From: Rhizophagus irregularis
Lineage: Eukaryota
Direction of reading: 5' to 3'
Assembly: GCF_026210795.1 (NCBI RefSeq)
Contig: NC_089432.1
Location: 4,588,001-4,652,000, forward strand
Length of the DNA: 64,000 bases
The position numbers and the translations under genes were made by a program. The notes beneath the pieces were generated by a model that was given only the letters and a program-made list of their open reading frames with translations, was not told the origin of the DNA and ran no database searches. Positions 54,254-64,000 of the stretch are shown here, piece by piece (positions within the stretch are counted from its first letter, which is position 1; every line of letters begins with the position of its first letter).

Positions 54254-56161
54254 TTTTTTTTTTAATTAGTAACACATTTTTATTAATTATTTAAACCTTA
54301 AAAGATTACATAATTTTTCAAAATACCTAGGGATGTTCACAAAAGATCATAAACGACCCTATAACTAACCATAATGACATAATCTATCTAAACTATCTAA
54401 ACTAAAATTCTAATTGCTGAATCTAAAAGAAAATATTTGTTCGGTCGGTTACTAAACCAAAACATTTTATATATTTTTTGATTTTATAAAATTTTCCTAT
54501 GTTTTTTACGTTTTCTAATTCATTAATCACTAAACTCTACTATTCTACCGTAATTTTGTGAAATCAAAGTACATCTAATTTACGTTTTTGTTGGAAACGT
54601 ATTCGAAAATAGCCAAAAATTCTCCACTTGACTATGTGATCTGCAACCCTTTTCCAACGCAAATCAAAACAAACCTTATATTTTAATTTACTAATGTTGA
54701 ATAACTTTGATTTATTTATGCAAATTCAAAGTCACCACGGCTCCCTTGAAATATTACGACGCTCCATACTTTTATCTCCACTTGAACTTGTCGTTGCCTC
54801 GTTGGCGTTGATTTTTCCAATTCTTTCACTAAATTCGCTATTCAACTTGTTGTAATCTTCATGTTTTTCTTTGATTCTAGGTAATGTCAAAACTGCTAGT
54901 AACTTGGGACTCGCCAGTGCGCCTTCAAATTGTTCGTCTTCCACTAAAGAAGTTGCACTATCACTTGTTGAGTTCCTATACCGCAGCTTTGTAAAGACTC
55001 GTTCCTTCCTATGATCTCGTCTTGTCCTTTCATCTGCAACCCTTTACCCATTATCATTGATTTGTATATAGCCTTTAACAAATCTCGCTCATTGTTAAAA
55101 TATATTAAAATGTATTCATTTTGTTAATTTTGATAATTTTTGCAAAATGGCCCCGAATTTTTCTATATGGTCTTTAATGATTTTGAATTCTGACGCACCA
55201 CATTCCTTATCATCCAACTTTTTAACGGCTTGCCAACTGTATCGTCTCTTGATATCTTTCGTAGCGATTGTTGCGTGATTTGCGTCAAACATCCTGAAAA
55301 AATACTGACGTTCGTTTTCGTTATTGTTATATTTGACCTCAATGAAAATTTTTTCCATTTCTTTTGTTAAACGGATATCAGCTCGAACAGTCTTGTACTT
55401 GTAGTTACGTTTGACCGCCAATCTTTCCACATATCCAACCTTCTTTAGAGTCTCGTATATAATATCTTCGTCCTTGGAAAATCGTAAAGCTTAATGTCAC
55501 GTGACTTTCCAGCAAATGTTTTTCCAGAATTTTTCCATTTTGTGACTCTGAAAATCGATTTTTTTCCAGCTTTTTTCCGTCGATTTTGCCATTTAGTGTT
55601 ACGTTTATCCTTGCTATATTTAGTTGCTTGACTCGTTTGAGGTTGCTCTTTTTCAGTTACATTGATCTCCAATCTTTTTTTAGATTAATAATCTACTCCT
55701 CTTGTAGCTTTATTAAACGTGGTTTTTCTGCCACATCTTCCTCTTGTAGTTTTATTAAACGTGCTTTATTGGCCACATCTGCTTCTAACTTCTTCCCACT
55801 CACGTGATATGGAATTGTTGCGTGGCAGGGATGAGGCTTGGTCCCCAAGAAACCTGCGAAAATTTTTCCTAACAATATGGCCACTCCAGTATAGCATAAA
55901 AAAACAAATAAACTCCACTGCCAGGTTCCTAGACTTATCAAACTTGGGACTCACATAGTCACATCATTGAGCTCATTGGTATTTTTTTCTCTGTCCGTAT
56001 AAAACTCCACCATAAATTGTTCAGAAACCTCTTCCATCGCAGAATATATATATATTCTAATATTGTTGTATACAATGTAGTGACTTTGTATAATAAATTT
56101 TATTTTTTTCCTTCCGTAAAATTTTGGTTTGGAAGATCGGCGGGAAGAGTTATCAAATTCC
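54254..56161 (-). mobile_element. RT-less non-LTR retro-insertion (~1.9 kb) with decayed ORF1-like coding
   Basis: Poly(A) (T-tract at 54254-54263); TSD atcgccagcgaga at 54241-54253 and 56162-56174; broken basic ORFs at 54732-56037; no RT or endonuclease motifs seen. Confidence 0.85.
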
Positions 56162-58759
56162 ATCGCCAGCGAGATTTTCCTTACAGTAATACTGACCTAA
56201 AGGCTGATTAAATTGACTACGCAGATATTTTACTATACATATCTAGATACAAACTAAGCATTTGTTCTTATAAAAATAATAATTAATTAACACGAAGTCT
56301 AACAAAGGACTTTTTTTAACGTGAAATGACACAATGTTCCATTTATCACAATATACAGCATTTTAGACTTACCCGTTTCCGTTTTTCCAGTTTCAAGAAA
56401 TTTAAATTAACATTTAATAATATTATATGAGAGGACTAACTATTTTTTCTTATTAGTAATTAAAACGTTTCTTATAAATTAAGGCTATTTTATGAATTAA
56501 AAAAAAAAATGAAAAATCGAGTTATTTAATTTAGTGATCAAAAAATCACATTAGATGGTAGATTTCACTTGACTCGATTTCAGCCCATCATTATTTTATT
56601 TGAATTTTCGAATGTTAAGTCATTTGAATTTAATCAAAGGATATAATCTTTTGGACCATGTTATTAAATACATTTGCTAAAATTAAAAATTAAATAAATT
56701 AAAATAATACTTTTAGATGAGAATAAAAATTTTATTTTTAACTTATAGTTATGTATGATAATATATTTAATAAAAGTAAACAAATCGTTACTATTTATTG
56801 CTGACTTAACCAAGTCTTTAAAAAACTTGTTCTATATAAAAATTAATTATAATCGTTTCACCCCCCTCCCTATTGTCAAATTAATTCAAATTTTTTGTCG
56901 TGAACTCATAAATCTCGTTCACCTCCCATATCTCAATTATTCGTGATGACCGCTTTGTCCCCAGCTGCTAAACTTTTTCCTGAATTTTTGTTTTTGCCGA
57001 ATTTTGTACCACCAAAATCACCTCAGTGAATTTAATTCGTTCCTTCGAAAAGCCTCCATTACCATTTTTGGAATCTGATCGCGTGCTAAACTTTTTGCTG
57101 CGCTGACCGAACAACTGTAGCAACGAAAAAAAAATTCCAAATTCAAAGAGCAAAACTATCAACACCTATGAAAATATGTTTAGTTCTTTATTTTTTGCCG
57201 AAGTTATTTATCGCTTGCCGAAGTCTTTTTGCGTGACGAAACCTTACTACCATGTAGCGCTCTGTGCTAACCAAGGAAAATAAAAATTTGTTTTCATCAA
57301 AAAAATTAGTGAACTAATATTAAAAGTCTAATAAAGTTTATATCATAATGTTCTTGAAAGAGTGAATAATCAGTTGGTCATGATAAAATAAGTTCAAACG
57401 AACTTTTCTATATGCGCACTTTTTGAACTCTTTCACCCTTTGTTCAGTCTTAAAATTTTTGCATGATGATCGGCGGAAAAAAGTTCTTCCCTCAGTCCAT
57501 AATATCAGAAACTTTAATATGTAGTAGTACAGAATATTAATTAATGTATATGCATTAAATTTCTATTTCTAGTTTTTGTTTTATAAGAGAAAATTTAATC
57601 TTTAAAAACAGTAATGTATTTCCACCGACATTCTAATTTTACATAATAAAATACTTTAATTTTTAATACTCAATTGTATATTATCAATTTATGTACTTAT
57701 TAGTTTAAAGGTAAATAAACAAAAATATTATTCTTCCGTGTGAAACTTATACAAGTAAAATATTATTCTACATATGTAAAAGTATTGTTTTTTCTTTTGT
57801 GTGAACTGTGAAATAACTTTACAACATAATCTCCTTCATATAATGTAAATCTTTTTTTAAAAAGAATTTGTTGTTTATATAAATATTTATTTTTTCTCAC
57901 GATGAAATAATTTTTTTTTTCACTTTCCTATTTATCGTATCATTATTTTATCCCCTTCTGTATACAGATCACCAATAGGTGACGGATACTTAATAAAAAA
58001 TAAAAAATTTCCGATTTAAAGATTCAAAACAAACTGACGTCAATATTATCTAAAAAGATGTGCTGATTGTGGCGGAAAGACACGATACGTTGATACGCCC
58101 AAAAAAATAAATAAACGAGTTTAGAATAATTTGTATTGCGTTTAATTTGCTTAATTTGCTCAAGCTTGACGTGACGCAACTCTGCTTGTACTACATTTTT
58201 TTGATCATAAAAAGTCGCGTAAATAAAAATCATTTTGTAAACTTCTTTTTCTCAAAAATTTAACTTGTCGTTTTTTTCTGACTAGTTATTTTTTATTTTT
58301 TACTGACTCGACTAACTCGTCGTTTTTTTTACTGACTCGTCGTTTTTTTACTGTTGAAAGCTACTGACTGTCGTACTGTTTCAAAAGTTACTAATCATTG
58401 ATATTTTGTTCCAGAAAGTTACCGACTTGGCTGACTCGACATTACTGACTCTTCATTTCTTTCTCAAAAATTGCTGTACGTTATTTGTCATTTCTTTTCC
58501 AAAAATTACTAACACGCCATTTTTTCTCCTTACTGTACTAACTTGTCATTTATTTCCTGAAAGTTACCATACTAACTATACTAACTCGTCATTCTTTTTC
58601 AAGAAATTACTAATTCATCATGATAAATTTTAGAAACGCACGTAGTGAAATTAAAGAACGTGATGAAGATGAGCCACAGCAAGTAGGTATAACTTCTGAT
58701 ATTAAAGCCCTTCAAATTTTTAGATTGCGTTTTCAAGAATGACCTATACTGTGTCCTTG

Positions 58760-59590
58760 CCGCACTGTATTCAAGTATGCCATTTGAATAAGTTGTTTGT
58801 TCTTGCCATATTGTGTGTTAAGAATAACATTTCTCGCCACATTGTATTCAAGTATGCCATTTGAATAAGTTGTTTGTTCTTGCCATATTGTGTGTTAAGA
58901 ATAACATTTCTCGCCACATTGTATTCAAGTATGCCATTTGAATAAGTTGTTTGTTCTTGCCATATTGTGTGTTAAGAATGACATTTCTTGCCACATTGTA
59001 TTCAAGTATGCCATTTGAATAAGTTGTTTGTTCTTGCCATATTGTGTGAGATCACCTGCAAAGGTGATTTCAAGAATGATATATTCTTGTCACATGGTAT
59101 GAGGTCACCTGCAAGGGTGACTTCAAGTTCAAACCATTTGGTATTCTTGCTATATCGTGTGAAACATGTGAGAATGCCGTTCTTGCCATGGTATGAGGTC
59201 ACCTGCAAGGGTGACTTCAAGTTCAAACCATTTGGTATTCTTGCTATATCGTGTGAAACATGTGAGAATGCCGTTCTTGCCATGGTATGAGGTCACCTGC
59301 AAGGGTGACTTCAAGTTCAAACCATTTGGTATTCTTGCTATATCGTGTGAAACATGTGAGAATGCCGTTCTTGCCATGGTATGAGGCCGCCTGCAAGGGT
59401 GACTTCAAGTTCAAACCATTTGGTATTCTTGCTATATCGTGTGAGACATGTGAGAATGCCGTTCTTGCCACATGGTATGAGGCCGCCTGCAAGGGTGACT
59501 TCAAGTTCAAACCATTTGGTATTCTTGCTATATCGTGTAAGAGAATGCCATTCTTGTCACATGATATGATGTCACCTGCAAGGGTGATTC
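58760..59590. repeat. Compound minisatellite: 77-bp unit (~3.7 copies) then 94-bp unit (~5 copies)
   Basis: tgtattcaag at 58766, 58843, 58920 and 58997; gaggtcacctgcaagggtgac (later gaggccgcc...) at 59101, 59195, 59289, 59383 and 59479. Confidence 0.9.
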
Positions 59591-59729
59591 ATAAAATCAA
59601 TCTAATGAAGTTTCTTTAAGTACTTTTCTTATTGTAAAGAAACTCGGGCTTTGTTATATATATACTGATATTACTCTTAATGCATATTATCATTAACTAT
59701 CCTTTCTATTAATAGTTTCCATTATTACC

Positions 59730-61504
59730 AGAATATGAATCTGAGGATGAAATGATAATGATTGAAACAAATGGTGAATCTGAAGATGATAGAGAGGTAA
59801 TTATTAAACTTTATAAGTGTCAAAAGGTGAAGTTTGATGAGGTGATGTACAATATAACCCTAAAAATATATGAAAGTCATAATAAAATTCAGATATTCGA
59901 AAATTTTTAAATTCAGCATGTTTGATTATCTAATTTTATATGATTTACAAATGAATATTTGAATATTAGCTAATTTTTAATGGAAATTCTAGTAGCATCA
60001 ATTGAGCCTCACTAATTCCTTAACTCCATTCAGACTCAAGATTTACCGGTTGAAGAAGAAGATCTTTATGAGCCATCTGTAATTCGTATTAATGAAGACA
60101 GTTCAGAAGAAACTTTGAACTGGAATACGATAAAGGAAAAAGTAGACACATATCGAAAGCAATTGAAAAAGGGAAAATATGCTGTCGAGTAAGCTTTATT
60201 TTTGTATAATTATTGTATTTATAGCATTTTCTAACTTTTATATAACTTCATTTTTAGTACGCTATATTATTTTTTAATTGACTACTCTGGTTTTCATGGT
60301 CCAACATCAAATCTATTATCTGGCTATTTTCCAAAAATGTTGAATGCACTTCCAAAAAATATGCGGTTTTGTGTTTCAACACTTTCTGAAGAAGAAACAA
60401 AATTTTTCGATCTACTTTTGAGGGTAATCATTATTTTTTTATCGCTTGAAAACAATAAGTCAATAAAACATAATTTTTACAGAGTTTTTTATTTGTAGAC
60501 TGAAGATATTGCTGATATTAAAACGGTAACAGAAGAAGAGAAAATTCTTAAAAGGCTTGCCAATAATATGTGAGTAAAAAAAATATGAAAGATATTTATT
60601 TTCCTTTTGAATAAATCATAACTAATGATGCATTTTTTCCAGTTTTGACGCTATTACAATGCATGGGAGGGATGATTTATTTGAAGTTGAACATATGTTT
60701 CGCAATATCGTCCCTCTACTTGATGCAACAATAAGGAAGGACAACCATTATCGGGTAAAATAGTAAGTAATGCATGTGTCAATTAACTTATTATATATCA
60801 TGAGAATTATATTACATTAACATTTATTGCCCAGCGGCGAAACATTACTGGAAGCAACCGCAAATCGCCGAAATAAAGGAACTGATCCCAATGATCGTGC
60901 GCGAATTGGATATAAAGTTGATGTGATATTTGAATACCGAATCAGCTGGGCCCCCGTTATTGGATGTATGGAGGTGTCTGGTGGTCTCCCACGGTGTTCA
61001 CGTTCCAAGGAATGGGATGACACCCGAAAATTAGGCTTGGAACTCCGAGACTTATGGCTGGATGCTATGGAAAAATTAGCAGGTGCAAATGCAAATGAAA
61101 TAGTCTGGTGGGGTCTTACTGTAGTTGGTAAGTACTGCAATTTACAATTCATGGTATGCTACCTGTAAATAAATAAATGCTAAATCAAAAATGGAAAACT
61201 AGGCCTAAAGATTAGAGTATATGCACTTGCTGCCGCCGGTGGACTATTCCATTTAGTCCTAATGTATGAATGTCTTCTCCCAAGTTCTCCGGTAGATCTT
61301 GTTAATCTAGAACTTGCATATCTTGTATTGAAAGAATACAAGAAAAAACTAGATGAAACAAGAGACATTCTATGTAAACTCAATCAGGAAAGAATAAAAC
61401 TGATTACTAGGGGAAAAAGAGGATCAGACGAATTGCTCAGAGAAGTTGGAAAAAAGCCAGAAATTATAAATACGCCGGAACCAAGAAAGCGAAGTAGACA
61501 GTAA
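59730..61504 (+). CDS. Multi-exon gene (possibly decayed) with a PD-(D/E)XK nuclease-like C-terminus
   Basis: Short GT-AG exons. The terminal exons encode GYKVDVIF...IGCMEVSGG...KEWDDTRKLGLELRD...GLTVVG|LKIRVY, resembling REase-fold domains of Crinkler-related fungal families. Some splice sites look damaged; the 5' end is uncertain. Confidence 0.55.
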
Positions 61505-61574
61505 TGGTGATTATATTATTATTTATTAATCTGTTATTTTTATGTATTTATTATTGTATTAAGATATACAACAT

Positions 61575-62010
61575 TTTCCCGCTCTCTAGAACTCCTACGG
61601 CATATGATTTCATACATGGCTTCATTCTTCTGGAATTGGTCCTCATACTTTCCCACGTTTACATGCATCATGAAGCCAAGTCTTAAGGTAAGGCGTCAAG
61701 GGATTTGTCTGTAGAAAATGCGAGAAGAAAGAACCAGGCTCTTTTGGACTTAGATTTTAGAATTTTAAGAAGTAATTTTTAATACAGTTTTAGATTAGTT
61801 TATTTAGAATTTAACATGTAATTTTTAGATTTAAGTAGTAATTTTTAGATATAGTTTTTAGATTAGTTTATTTATATTTAAGTAGTAATTTTTAGATATA
61901 GTTTTTAGATTAGTTTATTACTTTGTAGTTTATTTCTTTTTTTCACTGTATTGTTACTAGTTTATGTTTGTTTATTATTATGTAATTGTATCATTTATCT
62001 AATAAAATTG
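61575..62010 (+). mobile_element. Possible 3' fragment of a LINE-like element
   Basis: Short coding-like stretch, then repetitive TTTAGATTAGTTT sequence and AATAAA, similar in style to the tail of 54254-56161. Confidence 0.4.
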
Positions 62011-63819
62011 AGCGTAAAGCTATTTTGCCCCCCAAACACGCTAAATAATTTGCAAATAATTAATAATGGTTATTATATTTAGATAGTAATTTTAATTTAA
62101 CTGTTAATATTTTTTTTTTTATTAATATTAACAAAAAAATATTAATTTTTAACTCATTTTAGTACTATTGGTAAAATCATATTTATGTCAACGCGTTTTT
62201 TTATTTAGGGTGCATTTTACCATGTCTATACGTAAAGTATTATAAATAGTGTATTTATTAATCAATTATTATATTGGTGAGGGGGTTTGCATCCATCCAA
62301 GACGTTCATATCATCTGGTTACTGATTTATCAAGCGGTATTGACTAATTAAAACTGCTGGTTGAAAGTATGCCGGGTAAAAACTGTTATGAATGATAATA
62401 GATGGAAAGGAGAATAAATTTGTATTTGTATTTTTTATAAATAAATATAATTGTGTGGTATGGTCCAAAAAAAAAAATGAAATTATTATTTAAAAAATTA
62501 TCTTTCATTAAAAAAAGATATTAAATAAAATTGTTGTTTTAAAAAGTACCAAATAAAATTTTATTATGCTGTTAATGCTAATTTTTTTAAATGTAAATTT
62601 TTATTTATCACAAGAAACAGATGTTGCAGTACTGTGAAATTTACAAATTCATTACAAAAACAATTTTGTATAAGTCGTTTATTGTTACATTGTTACAAAA
62701 AAGTCCTTTTTTTTTTTATCTTAAAAAATCCCATTTAGCATTAAAAAAAAAAATACATTCTCTAGAAAAATATATATATATATGTATCTCACTAATTATT
62801 AATATGAAAAAAAAAATCCCAGAAAAATTAATTATAATGATCTATTGGTACAAAAAATAAAATAAATAAGTAATTAATTATGTTAGTCTATTTTATTGAT
62901 TTTATTGAGCTTGATACAAAAAAATATTATTATTATTATTATTAATAAGCGAATCGGGAAAAAAGGCAATTGCCGTGGCGCTGCAACATCGATCTGATCA
63001 CCGATCCAAACCTAAATGGTGAAAGAATGTATTCGGGAAAAAAAATTCGATTTGAAAGAAATAAAGCCAAAAAATTTTCGGATTGGAGAAAAAGCCAACC
63101 GGAAAAAAAAATCGAAAAAATAAAAACGAAAAAAAAAATTTGTTGACCAAAAAGGAAAAGAAAGAAAAAATAAAAAAAAATTGAAAGAAAAAAAAAGGAT
63201 AAAGAAAGAAAATCGGGTTAAAAAAAAATAAGTACCGAAAAAAATTCCGAAAAAAAAATGTCAATAATTCGGTCCAAAAAAATTCAAAAAAAAAATTAAT
63301 AATATGGTCTAAAAAAAAAGGACCGATAAAAATAATATAAGTTTTAAAAGATTATTTAATAAAAAAAATATTATTAATTTTTCGGTTTTGGAAAAAAAAC
63401 CAAATCTAAGCGGGAAAAGAATGAAAAAAAAACAAAAAGAAAAGAAAGAGGAAAAAAACGAAAAATTTTTAAAAAAGAAAAAAAAAGGAAAAGAAAAAGG
63501 TGTTTCGAAAGAGAAAAGAGGAAATTTTTTAAAAAAAGAAAGCACTATTTGTAAAAGATCAGTTCAAGAAAAAAAAATGATTAAAAAAATGGGGACCGAA
63601 AAAATTTAGACCGGTTAGACGATTAAAAATTTCATTAACCGGAATTGGATTACATGTACAACATGACTTGCCGATCAAGCGGGTCTTAACTATAAAGAAT
63701 ACGGACCAGCAATTCAAAATTAATTTATACAGGCTAATCTAAACGTTAGTCACACAAACACCATTTTTTTTAATTATATAGGTAGATAGGTAGATTGATC
63801 TTATTTTAAAATACAAACT

Positions 63820-64000
63820 TCGATATACCGGTTCAAAATCTTACATTGTCCCGAATAATATGAAAACAGCTGTAAAACTGAACCAGATTTTCGGCCCGGA
63901 TCTGGTTCGGCTTTCGGGTTAAACCAGAACCGTTCGGAGCTTTAAACAAGATATTCTAACGTTTTTCTTTTATTATATAAAACGATATATGTTCTTATCC
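63820..64000 (-). repeat. Right arm of the long inverted repeat (cut off by the window end)
   Basis: Reverse complement of ~53594-53810. Confidence 0.85.

Noticed and set aside
59050..59590. Palindromic repeats at regular spacing suggesting a CRISPR array
   Set aside because: The intervening sequences are near-identical rather than unique spacers; eukaryotic context; no cas genes.
58988..59619. Multiple ORFs on both strands
   Set aside because: Artefacts of the 94-bp tandem repeat.
62998..63609. Lys-rich and Phe-rich ORFs
   Set aside because: Homopolymer-rich, probably low-quality or degenerate copy of a dispersed repeat (compare ~17780-17880).

Overview
Very AT-rich eukaryotic DNA with spliceosomal introns. 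The gene families present suggest an arbuscular mycorrhizal fungus (Glomeromycotina, Rhizophagus-like); this is an inference from gene content. Genes: three Sel1-like-repeat paralogs, an inverted pair of multi-exon protein kinases, a third broken kinase, pseudogenes of a ZNFX1/NFX1-type helicase and a BTB-BACK-TLDc protein, and a multi-exon gene with a probable PD-(D/E)XK nuclease-like C-terminus. Mobile DNA: several MITEs with TIRs and TSDs (some nested), Helitron 3' ends, a Harbinger relic, and RT-less poly(A)-tailed retro-insertions with TSDs. The most unusual signals are absent from the ORF track. (1) A tandem array of 16 three-nucleotide micro-exons with intron signals sits just upstream of a kinase (33951-35526). 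(2) An isolated 33-aa ORF ending in CAAX (CSIM) resembles a fungal lipopeptide pheromone precursor (50843-50944, minus). (3) About 30 tandem intron/~34-nt exon units lie inside a Helitron-terminated element (30.1-33.5 kb). (4) Several retro-insertions share a 5' stem-loop. (5) A possible ~10-kb element is bounded by long inverted repeats at the window end.
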